Positions 12,301-23,184 of a DNA stretch of 64,000 nt are shown piece by piece. Both the position numbers and the translations under genes were made by a program. Positions within the stretch are counted from its first letter, which is position 1; every line of letters starts with the position of its first letter. A model generated the notes under the pieces. The model was not told the origin of the DNA and did no database searches. It worked only from the letters and a program-made list of their open reading frames with translations. Where the stretch lies: NCBI GenBank assembly GCA_030704615.1, contig CM060733.1, forward strand, positions 806,001 to 870,000, read 5' to 3'. This stretch comes from Takakia lepidozioides. Lineage: Eukaryota > Plantae > Bryophyta.

Positions 12301-15300
12301 TCTACTCTAGAATGGGGTGGATTCATTGTATTTTTTCAGGAAAGCGATCTGATGGAGAATCTCCACAGGTGACGACGAATGCGCAAGAGCAGCTAGACAC
12401 ACAAGCACTTCAGTTCAAGATGGAGATATCTCCTGCAGCAGAGAGCCTACGTGACTATGTGACGAGGTATTTTCTGCTCTACAAAACCAACCTATTCTTT
12501 CGGGAGATAGCAGATGCTCGCCGGAGCCACGAGTTCACCGACCAGCCGAACGCGGACAAAGCAGCAATGCGCCTTCTGTACAGGTACATACGCGCTGCCT
12601 TTCTTTCAAGTCCTTGCATTTCAGGATGTTAGAGGCCTCATGTGGTGTTAGGGAAAATGGCGCCGAATTTCCAGTCAGGGCTCCGAAAATGGCTAAGTCC
12701 CTAGACTGGCTGGCCCTGAACTGGAAATTCGGCGCCATTTTCCAGTTCTAGGCCCTATTGCCGTTCAGGGACTTAGCCATTTTCGGCTAAGTCCTAGGGT
12801 GGCGGCCCCGAAGTGGAAATTCGGCGCCATTTTCCAGTTCTAGGCCCTATTGCCGTTCAGGGACTTAGCCATTTTCGGGCTAAGTCCCTAGACTGGCGGG
12901 CCCGAACTGGAAATTCGGCGCCATTTTCCAGTTCTAGGCCCTATTGCCGTTCAGGGACTTAGCCATTTTCGGGTTAAGTCCCTAGACTGGCGGGCCCCGA
13001 ACTGGAAATTCGGCGCCATTTTCCAGTTCTAGGCCCTATTGCCGTTCAGGGACTTAGCCATTTTCGGGCTAAGTCCCTAGGGTGGCTGGCCCGGAACTGG
13101 AAATTCGGCGCCATTTTCCAGTTCTAGGCCCTATTGCCGTTCAGGGACTTAGCCATTTTCGGGCTAAGTCCCTAGGGTGGCTGGCCCGGAACTGGAAATT
13201 CGGCGCCATTTTCCAGTTCTAGGCCCTATTGCCGTTCAGGGACTTAGCCATTTTCGGGCTAAGTCCCTAGGGTGGCTGGCCCTGAACTGGAAATTCGGCG
13301 CCATTTTTCCAGTTCTAGGCCCTATTGCGGTTCTGGGACTTAGCCATCTTCGGGCCAAACCGAGAAAAATGGCGCCGAATTTCCAGTTCAGGGCTCCCAA
13401 GATGGCTAAGTCCCTAGGGTGGCAGTCACCGAAAACCGAAATTCGGCGCCATTTTTCCATTTCTAGGCCCACTCACATCCGCCCCAACCTGGGAAAATGG
13501 TGCCGAATATGCATTTCAGGGACCTCATTGTGTTTTTCATGAATGCAGGTACTGCAAGTTCTCCCTTTTGGAGAAAGATCATCTGTCTTTCGAGCCACCA
13601 TTCTTCCTGGCATGGAGGAACCCTGGGGCTGACTCCATGTACACTGACGATATTGTGAAGGAGTGGCATCTGGAACATTTGCGTGATTGCCCTTGGTATG
13701 TGGACCTTCCGCCCGGCTTGCTCGACCCATCCGAGTTTCAATTGAAGCTGGATGCTGAATTCCGACGAAACCGGGCTCCGCTGCCTCCGTTGGGTGCAAA
13801 AGAGGCAAAAGCGCTTGCGAACTCCAGGAAAGCGGCAGAGCTTGCTCAGGCAGGAATTCAGGAGAAATTGCATGAGAAGAGTAAAGGCCAAAGAAAAAGG
13901 ACAAGGAAACAGGTGAGTGCAGTAACACCCAAAAAGAAGAAAACCATCGGGGCATCGGAGGAGGCGCAGGAGGGGACCCAAGAGAGTGACTCGGACGACG
14001 ACTTGTTCAAGGTCCTGCGACTGCTGTTGCTCCTACCCAGTCACCGGTCGTCCGGGTTCCCAAGTCAGTTCGGAGTGGGACTGGCTCTGCCAAGAAGTTG
14101 GCATTTGAGGGCGAGCCTACACGGCGGTATTCGGCGGTGACGTTTACGCACAGGCCAAAGCTAGAACCTCCAACCATCATCCAATGCGTCAATGAGAGCT
14201 TCCTTGACGCTCTCGCTGCCAGGGCAAAGAAGGTGGCACACAGCAAGTCTCTGGCGGATTAGAAGGGGAAAGCCAAGAAGAGGGCTGGCGGTACAGAGCC
14301 TAAAGACACCCCTGGTTTTGAAGCCATGATGGAATTCTTCACGGCTGTGAGCACGAATTGCAAGAGCACTCGGGGGGGTTGAGGTGGAGAGAGCTTGCGA
14401 CATGATTCTCCTCGACATTCCAGATGGGGAGCTGCTGGAGGGCCTGGATGGTGTGCCCACCTGGAACAGGTTTACTGAGGACTACTGGAAAGCCGGGTTT
14501 GGGCTAGCAGGGATGCTTCTGGATGACGGTGGATGTGTGGTTGTCCTTGCCACGAGAGGGAAGACCACAGAGAATGCGGTGGCAAGGTGGACACTGAAAA
14601 GTGTCACCCCGGTCCTCCTCAGAAAATGGTTCTGCATCAGTACACAGGGGTTGCGAACAGAGGGCCAAAGTGTAAGTTATCAATCTATTGCATTCACTTC
14701 ATATTGTGGTGTATGTTAAGTAGACCCTGGGGTTTATCCCTTCTTTGTTGGATGTGCAGACATTGGTGTTTGAGGCATATTGCTTTGTGAAGAGAGGGTC
14801 TACGTTCAAATTCCGCAACGACGGTCGTCTTGTTGATGCCGCTGTGGACCTGTAACCTACGATGCCCTCTACAACTATGTGCCCCACTCCAGTATGCCGA
14901 AGGACACAAAGACAGGCAAACCGTGGCGGTACAGCCGGACCCGGAGCCCTGCTTTCATCCAAACCCTCATGGAGACGTGCTCGGATGTCCAAGGGCGGAT
15001 TCTGGACCTCACATGCGGCACGGGTAAGCCTTCACGTGCTCAGTTTGTCCCCTGGCCCGATTGCAATTGCATGCCGCAAGCTATTAACCGCCCGCTTTGT
15101 TCCTCAGGTGCTTCAATGTGGGCAGGGACGTTGTCCGACAGGCATGTGTTCGCCTTCGAGCCACATACTGCCCTCCACAACTCGGAACTTGTAGCGGCTG
15201 AACGTCTGCCGAAAGAGGAAGAGGCATCCTCGGAGGATGAGGAAAAATCCGAGAAGGAGCAGGGGGAGGAAGTTGGGATCGAGGCCGAGGAGCCCCCGGT

Positions 15301-15866
15301 TTACGAGTGAGTGGTGGCATTGTAAGTTGCCTCCAGATTTCGTGAGGCACCTCCCTCCGCTCTCTTATTTCATTGAAAACCCTTTCTGGTTGTGCTGGTA
15401 TTGACATTCTTGAAGTGGATTTGTTCTTACTGTAGGATGCCAAGTACTGCCGGAGGGACGTCTACACCGGAGTTCATGGGCAGGAGGAACGTGCTTTTTT
15501 TTGCCAGGGGGGATTTCATGCCCAGAAAGGGAGTACATCCTTCCTACTTATGCTGCCCGGCTTGCTTCGGTGTCCATTAGGAGGTATTCCGAACCTAGTC
15601 GTGTACAACAGATTTTAGACGAGGCAAGCCTCAAGAAAATGAAGTTGAGGGAGGAGGCAGCAGCTATTAGAGCCCGTCGGGCTCGTAGATTTGTCTTGGA
15701 TTCTGCTGAGGAAAGTGGGGGAGAAGACACAAAAGATTCCCAGGAGGTGAGGTGGACAGTCCCCCAAGGAGAGGACGGGATTTTTGAGAGGCATAGTGGA
15801 ACTGATGCATCACAGAGCTCGGAGGATGAGGAAGAAGGTGGGGCAAGTTCCTCGGAGGGTGTATGA
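9358..15866 (+). pseudogene. Spliced ParB/Srx-like + beta-class N4C/N6A methyltransferase-like gene (copy 1)
   Basis: ParB-like YVWDGNHRLLAW at 11158-11193. GT-AG exons include 9881-11321, 11440-11629, ~11791-12273, 12370-12583, 13549-14671, 14760-15022 and 15109 onward. Motif IV-like MILLDIPDG (~14402) precedes RSPAFIQTLMETCS...ILDLTCGTG/ASMWAG...RHVFAFE (motif X-I-II order of beta-class MTases). Several frameshifts; 5' exon uncertain. Confidence 0.75.
12652..13510. repeat. Intronic ~95-bp tandem array with two hairpins per unit
   Basis: GGAAATTCGGCGCC at 12723, 12815, 12909, 13004, 13099, 13194, 13289. Each unit has GAACTGGAAA...TTTCCAGTTC and AGGGACTTAGCC-N7-GGCTAAGTCCCT; reversed partial units at both ends. 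Confidence 0.92.
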
Positions 15867-15988
15867 GAGTAGTGCCCATTCCGGCTATGACAGTTAGAAC
15901 ACACTTGTATAGACGTGGCTTGCCACAAAATTTGCAATAAAATGTTGCATTTCAAGTCCACTGGTGCCACATTCCAACTTCACAAGAC

Positions 15989-16094
15989 CCTATTTCCGTG
16001 CCTCCTAACCCTATTTCCGTGGACTCACAATGGTCTGCTCATGCTTTTTTTTTTCCGCTCATGCTCATGCCGCTCATGAAATAGCAGCCCCCCC
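15989..16094 (-). repeat. Putative terminal/subterminal sequence (TIR-like) of element copy 1
   Basis: Reverse strand GGGGGGGCTGCTATTTCATGAGC...; repeated GCTCATG and CCTATTTCCGTG motifs; matches 39160-39218. Confidence 0.6.
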
Positions 16095-16803
16095 TGTAGC
16101 CCATGGCTAACCAAGGTAACTGAAGGTCCCAATCTCCTAGGTGTCCCTTCTGCAAGCCATACTTGCGCAAACCCTTCTTTACTGTCTGAACAACTCTCTT
16201 TGCCAAGCCATCGGCCTCAGGATGATCCTGAGAAGTGGTGCGGTGGTCTATCAAGGCCTTGTCACACAAAGCCTGAAACTCCCCCAAGAACTCTCTCCCT
16301 TGGTCCGTGAGTACCTCAGCTGGAGCACCGAATCGGCTAAGCACACAATCCAAGAATGCATACGCAGCTCCCTCACTAGCCTTATCAGGCAATGGAACCA
16401 ATTCAATCCACTTGGAGAAGTGCTCTACCATCACCAACACGTACTTGTTGTGGCGCATGGTCAGTGGCAACGGCCTTGCGAAGTCAAGACTCCACCTGTA
16501 GCCCAATCCCATGATCGGAAGAGGGTGCAATTGTGGAGTAGGGGCGTTGAATGAAGCACGCACCCTGTCACACACCATGCACCTAGCCACAAATTGTTGC
16601 ACCTCTGTGTGCATACCACGCCACCAATACTGCCCCTGCAGTAGACTATGAGTGCGTCACGCCCCAAAATGCCCCAACTCCTCATGGGCATGCCGCACTA
16701 ACCGTGCCCGCTGTGTTGGGTGAGGCACAATCCTCACTCGACCATCCTCCCACACTCGGAGCAGGTGTGTCCCCTCCCACTTGAACCTCTTGGCTCGTTG
16801 TAG
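16095..16803 (-). mobile_element. Gypsy integrase fragment (HHCC + DDE core) of the DNMT-carrying element
   Basis: HEELGHFG...CMVC...WSLDF...LTDQGREF...HPEADGLAKR. Its N-end LQRAKRF appears to continue the ERDR end at 20941. Confidence 0.88.
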
Positions 16804-17765
16804 GGAAAGAATTTAGTCCTCCGTAGTCATTGGCACATTACTATCAAATCATGCGCATTTGGCTGCAAGTGGCAACTAGGACTAAAGTTCTTCCGAACAA
16901 TCGACCAATTGAGGATCATCACTTTGCACAGTACTGGCATGAGGCAGGTACCATGTTGAAGGAATTAATTGCCTTCCAAGTTGTACATGGATTCATTTAT
17001 ACCAAGACCAAGGAGGTAGCAAGTATTGTCATGGGATGCGGGCTATACTACGCTGCTTGTTTTCTGGTACGTTATCACATTGAGCAGCACAAGATGCAAT
17101 CGCGCTTTCTGAGTTATTCCAGTGGGGATCATTGGGTCTTACCTTCAGTGCCACCTCATATGTACCTATATGAGGAAAAAGTTATGATACAAAAGGATTC
17201 TCAAATTCGTTCATGGTTTCATGCGGCCTGGAACAATTTGTCAACACAGAAATTCGGCCTTGATGATATTTTCTTTAAGGAACATGAGGCATGGAAATAC
17301 TTGCACAATTCACAAGTCATTGGTACCCCACTCACCTGGACAGACAAGGAGCTCAGGGTCTTCACCAATTTTGCCATTCAGCGTTTACAGCAAGTTTTAA
17401 AGTTTAAACTTCCAGACATGGTAGGACAACATTGTATGCCACAGAGGATTCCACAAAAAGTTCGACAATTAAAACACCTGAGAGGCGATGAGGATTCTGA
17501 TACAACTGTTTCTTCAGCGGACTCTTTTGACATGGGAGAAGACTATGCAATTCAGATGGCAGAGAAGAAGCGACGGGGGTCTCCTATGCCTGAAAGGTAC
17601 CTCGATATCAGCCTCCAGAGGGCCTCACATATCCAGGTAGTGTTCAATCATCTCCGTCGACCAGTGACAGACCTCGAGCTCGTACACACAGTCCGCCACG
17701 AAACTCTCAACGTCAGAAAGGTGCTCGCTCACAAAGGTTTGCTAATCCCAATCAGTAAACCGTGA
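16803..17765 (+). CDS. C-terminal part of an accessory 3' ORF of the Tat/Ogre-like element, unknown function
   Basis: 311-aa open frame ending just before PPT GAGAGGGGAAGGGG (~17780-17793) and the 3' LTR. Confidence 0.55.
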
Positions 17766-17796
17766 GGACACGACTTTTTGAGAGGGGAAGGGGTAA

Positions 17797-18815
17797 TGTT
17801 AGAGGACTGTCTGGGACTTAGACACTTATACAGGATCTGTGGGGTACCCTTAATTTTTGCACAGACTGAGACCAACATGAGCCTTAGGGGTGACAGCAGC
17901 GCACTTTTGAGGGGGGTTACACAGCCCGTCACAGCCAACACAGCCCGTCACAGTCCGACACAGCCGACACAGTCAACACAGCTCGTCACAGCCCGACACA
18001 GCCCGTCACAGCCAACACAGCCCGTCACAGTCCGACACAGCCGACACAGCCAGACACAGCCGTCACAACCAGTCACAGCTTGACACAGTCGACACAGCCC
18101 AACACAGTCGCACAGCCAGTCACAGCTTGACACAGCTGTCACGACCATAGGGAACGGATAACATCAGCCCGCTCAGAACAATCAGTCATGACCTACAGCT
18201 AGTGTATCATGGGGGTGTTTCCTATTTGTTTTCCTTCCCGCATTCATGTTAGCTAGTTACCTTACTGTTGGTAATTAAGTATCAGTTTGCTTTAGTAATC
18301 TATCGGATTCCATCAACTCATCCATTCATTCCACAACTTCACTCAGATCTCTCTACACAGTGTGTGTATGAAGTGTGTATCAGATTAATATCTATCAAGT
18401 ATCAGGCTGAAGCCATGGAGTCTCTAATCTGCTCTACATTATAATTCTACTGCCTGCATTCATTAAGCATCAACAGATCGTCCTCCTCCTACTCTATGCT
18501 CTCCCTCTTTCTGTTCAGAGATACGCTCTCTGCCTCATTTTCCCCGTGATGTCCGAAGTTCCCCCCCCCAAGAAGTGCTCCTCCCACTCCTTCCAGCAGT
18601 GATTCCCCAAGAAGTGATCCTTCTCCCGTCCTCGCTCCTAGCTTTATCTTCCTACCCGTTGTTCTAACCGTTTCCCACACTAACCATCGTCATCCGTGTA
18701 CTAACATGTTCCATTCGCAGATGTTGTTCCCCACAGTCGTTCCCTTTCCAACTCTTCTATCTTGGAGTTTCCGCCTCGGATAGAGAAGAGATGGGTGAGT
18801 AAAAGCCGCGCGACA
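17797..18815 (+). mobile_element. 3' LTR of the Tat/Ogre-like element (with internal inversion)
   Basis: TGTTAGAGG...CGCGACA; preceded by PPT, followed by GTGTT; matches 25771-26842 except inverted 18164-18745; contains ~10-bp CACAGCC repeats. Confidence 0.9.
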
Positions 18816-20941
18816 GTGTTGGGGCAAGCAATGGATCTCAATTGCTTGACCTGGATTATCAGCTTGGCTATGGCTGAGCAGCGCAGAGTACGAAGTACAC
18901 TTCCCTTCATGGTCTCCCTGCCTATCGAGACGGTACAGGCAGCGAGTGGGGGCGAGCAGGTGAGGACCACGAGGTGCAGGCCGCATCCATGGCACACTTG
19001 GGAGGTGCTCGAGGTTCAGAAGGAGTTGGCAGCCAAGGCGGCGGTGATGGATCAGGTTGGGGATTTTTCTCGGATTGAGGAGGTCCTCAAGGATGGGATG
19101 ATGGGGCAGGATGAGACATTGTCACTAACAGAGGAGGCAGTGGTCACTGCTCAAGAGGTTGCAGCATAGCAACCACGGGACGCGTCTTCTACCTCTAAGC
19201 CTGCTGGACTCAAGGTTGCAGTCACGGAGGACAACTGGGAGCCTGATGTTGGACCTATAGTCACCGGAGGAGAGAGACGACGTATACGGCGGTTCTTGAG
19301 GGCTTACAGGAACTGCTTTGCCTTCAGTTTGAAGGACTTAGGAGCACTAAAGGGTCAAGAGATTCGCATTGAATTGGCTACTGACACGCCAATCTTTCGG
19401 AGACCCTATAGATACAGTGACATGGAGAGGTCCTTGATTCAGATGAGAACTCAGGACCTTTGGGAGGCTGGTTTGGTGGAGCTATCTGGGGGAGAGTATG
19501 CTTCAGCCACAGTGATGCCAGCCAAGAAGGATGTCTTTGGCAATTGGACGGAGAAACGTATGTCCGGTGATTATCGGCCTGTAAATCGTCAGACCAAGTC
19601 CGATAGGTATGCCATGCCAACACCAGAGGAGATCTTTGATGCCATTGGGCATGCCAAGGTCTTTAGCACGTTGGATTTACGATCCGGATATCACCAGTTG
19701 CCGAACAAGGAGGCGGATAAGCAAAAGACGACATTCTGGGGGATCAATGAGCACGGGAAGGATTGCCTATACCAGTGGCGGTTCTTACCATTTGGGCTTA
19801 AGAACGCTTCGGCAGAGTTTCAGAGAGTCATGGACAGGATTCTAGCAGGGGTGGAGTTTGCTCGGTGCTACATAGATGACATCATTATCTTTAGTGCTAC
19901 GGTGGAAGAGCATGAGAGACACCTTCAGGGGGTATTTGAGCGCTTGAGGGCGCATGGATTGAAGTTACATCCGGGAAAGTGCAAGTTTTTCCACAACCAG
20001 ATTGAGTATCTGGATCACATGATATATCCTGGAGGATTGGGGGTACAACAGACTAAGGTAGAGTCCATTGCACAGATTCCACGCCCCATGGATGTGAGCC
20101 GAGTTCGAGCTTTCATGGGGTTAGCAAACTATTATAGACGGTTTGTTAAGGGATTTAGTGCCATTGCAAAGGCTCTAACCAAGCTGACCAAGGTGGACCA
20201 GGAGTGGCAGTGGGAAGATGAGCAAGAACAAGCTTTTCAAGAGCTCAAGGCGAGGTTGACCTCGGCGCCCATCTTGAGATGACCTATCAGGGGGCGTCAT
20301 TTTCAGCTGCATACAGATTGGAGCATGCAGGGGCTTGGAGCGGTGCTCACATAGGTGGATGATGAGGGAAGAGAGTTCGTAGTGGCTTATGCTAGCCGCT
20401 CGAACAACGTTGCAGAGTCTAAGTATAGCTCGTATGAGGGAGAATGCTTAGCTGCAGTGTAGGCCGTGGCATACTTCAGGTGCTATCTATACGGCAATCT
20501 CTTCACCCTTGTCACGGATCACCAACCACTCAAGTGGTTGATGGAGTCAGACAAGCTTACGGGGAAGCTTGCACGGTGGGCACTCATCCTTCAAGAGTAT
20601 GACTTTCAGGTGGTGCATCGACTGGGTTTGGTCAATCGCAATGCAGATGGGTTGAGTCGCAATCCATGCACGAGCCAGCAGGATGACACTGGAGCTTGGT
20701 GGCATGGTGAGACGGATGAGGAGATGGTGCCCGGATGGCATGCATCTGCATTTCTGTGTATCTTGGCAGCGGAAGGCCAGGTTGGACCTGCAACAGGGAC
20801 GACTGTAGATCAAGTGTCTGAGGACCCTGAGGCCAGCAATGAACAAGGTGGCGCCAAAGATATACATGAGGATTCAGTTGTGTTGGACTACCTCCACACT
20901 GGAGACACTTCAGCCACTGTGACTGCCAATGAGAGGGATCG
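18816..20941 (+). mobile_element. Gypsy pol segment: DNMT motif X tail, RT, RNase H
   Basis: VLGQAMDLNCL; LDLRSGYHQ, LPFGLKNA, YIDDII; LHTDWS...YSSYEGECLA...TDHQPL...NADGLSR. Internal stops at ~20280, 20351, 20460. Confidence 0.92.
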
Positions 20942-21909
20942 ACAGGCACAGGCTTTAGGGGTGGTAGACAGGCCGACACAGTCTGACACAGCCTCACACA
21001 ACCAGTCACAGCCAGACACAGACTATCACAGCCTGACACAGCTTCGCACAACCAGTCACAGCCAGTCACAGCCCGACACAGCCCGACACAGTTTTACACA
21101 GCCAGTCACAGCTCGACACAGCTTGGCACAGCCCGTCACAACGTACATAGGGAACGGTTATCATTGACAGGGAACGACATCTGCAGAGGGAACGTGTTAC
21201 TTCAGGGGTGACAGTTAGTTAGTTAGGTGGTTAGAACAGCTTGCGGGTAGATTAGGCAGGGCGGCAACAGGAAGGGGATCACTTCTTGGAGAGTGCGACT
21301 TGGTCAGGGGAAGAGGAGACGAAATGGAGAGCGGAAACAGTGAAGAGGAGATGATGACTTGATGCTGTAGAATCATACAGTAGGGTAAATTAGGGACATC
21401 ATGGCATTGGCCTGATACCTGATAAATCATAATCTGATATTAATTCGATACAAATACACTGTGTAGAGAGACATGAGTGAAGCTGTGGAATGAATGAATG
21501 ATTGATTGGAACTTGATAGATAGACTGTTTCCTTGTTCACTTATAAAGAAAGCAAGTGAATGGTATGCAAGATTCCCTGATAATCATTTGCTAACCTGGA
21601 ATGGCTTAAGTACAACATTCCAAAAATAGGTTCAGGACAAGTAAAACTGAGGATGAAGTGTATAGAAGTTTACAACAGTTAAAGAAAAAGAAGCATGAAA
21701 CTCTTGAAGAGTACATGGAAAAGATGGAATTGATGATGAAAAAGTTGGCTGTTGTACCAGCACCAGGATTACAGAAGACTTGGTTTGTGAGTGGACTAAG
21801 ACCAGAGTTGCAAAAGAAAGTGGATATGCTACCCCATAATACGGTGGAGGAAGCATTTGCAACAGCTAACAGAATTGAGCAATTGGGAATGCTCAGGAGA
21901 GAGAAAAGG
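20942..21909 (+). mobile_element. Relic of a related Tat/Ogre-like copy: LTR piece fused to a gag piece
   Basis: 10-bp CACAGCC repeats and LTR similarity; 21525-21909 nearly matches gag 27862-28245. Confidence 0.8.
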
Positions 21910-23180
21910 TGTCATGGTTTTAGTCATGGTTATCTAGAATTACCTACTTCTAGTTAACTAGGACATTTTAGATATTTATATTTATATTTTGTGTGTTGGG
22001 ACTTCATTTGGTCTCACATGCCAAGTGAGGTGTCGAGCCTCACTTGAGACATGGAGATAGGTTTTCCCCTTGTGAGTGTTGAGGAGGCTCATCTTCTTGT
22101 AGTTGAGCCTCCATGAGCTTCTCTCACCTCCATAGCTCTAGGTATTGAGAGAGAGTGTGTTGAGGGCTTTGTATGGTGGATTCCTTTAGCAAAGGTGCCC
22201 TTGGCTTGACTTAGTTTATGTGATAGAGTGGATTTCACTTGGAAGGACTAGGGCTTGTTCTTCATGTGATTGCTTCATGCTTTGAGAGCTTTCATTGTCT
22301 TCTACTTCTCTCATTTCTCATCTCTTATCACTACAAGAAGATCACCTTATGCTTGTGAGTGCGGAGTGTAAGGATTAGTTTTGCACTTGTATTTTAAAGA
22401 GGTTGAGAGCTAGGAGAATTTAGCTCTTGTATCACATGGTGTGCGCCATGGCTTGTGGAGAGTGACTAAAGGCTTGTTAGTGCTCATTTCACTATCAAGC
22501 TAGGGTTAAGCACGTTCAAAGTGTGGATGTTGTGGAAGAGAAGCCAAGGAGCTATATATGCTTGGGCTTGAAGACAACAAGGGCAAGCACTTGGAGAGCA
22601 CTAAGAAGCTCAAGAGGTTTTGAAAGGGAGCATGTGAAGAAATCTTCCAATCATGGTGGTGTGGAGCCAAGCTTAGGGTGCCATTGCTAGGGCTTGGAGA
22701 ACATGTGGTGGGAAATCCTTGAAGGGAAATCATCATTCAATGTATGCATAGCTTCACCCTAACTATGTAATGTGACAAGAGGGGGAGGCAATACTTGGCT
22801 ATTCATGCTCTTGGTAGTGCGAGCTTTGTGGTGGATAGTTGACCAAGCAAGTGGTGCATGTGTGGAGCATGCTCGCTTGAGTTTGTAAGTTCAAGTTTGA
22901 GAAGGGGAGCTCTTGAACTAGCAAGAGGTGAAGGCCTTTGAGATCCATTTGTGTGTGAAGTGGAGAGGTGTTGATTCATGTTATGATGAAGGAGAGCAAC
23001 ACATAGGCCAAGAGGTCATGAAACATGCATTCAAATGACCACCATATCTCCATTGCCGAGCAATCATGCATTTGTCTCCTCATCACTTGACAATTGCTCC
23101 AAATCAACACAAATTATCTCAATGTGTAGTCTCACGCCATATGCCTCATTTGGGGTCTTGCACCAATCCATCATCCATGT
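21910..23180 (+). mobile_element. Degenerate LTR-retrotransposon-like sequence, unassigned
   Basis: Starts TGTCA at an abrupt gag break; LTR-like composition ending TATCA at ~22434, followed by a TGG. Confidence 0.3.
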
Positions 23181-23184
23181 GCAT

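Larger units (their letters stand above)
5178..16094. mobile_element. Large MULE-like DNA transposon carrying a ParB-like/amino-methyltransferase gene (copy 1, left end lost)
   Basis: Divergent transposase and cargo gene separated by palindrome arrays. Right end ...GCTCATGAAATAGCAGCCCCCCC resembles the copy 2 end and abuts a Gypsy integrase mid-ORF. Confidence 0.65.
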
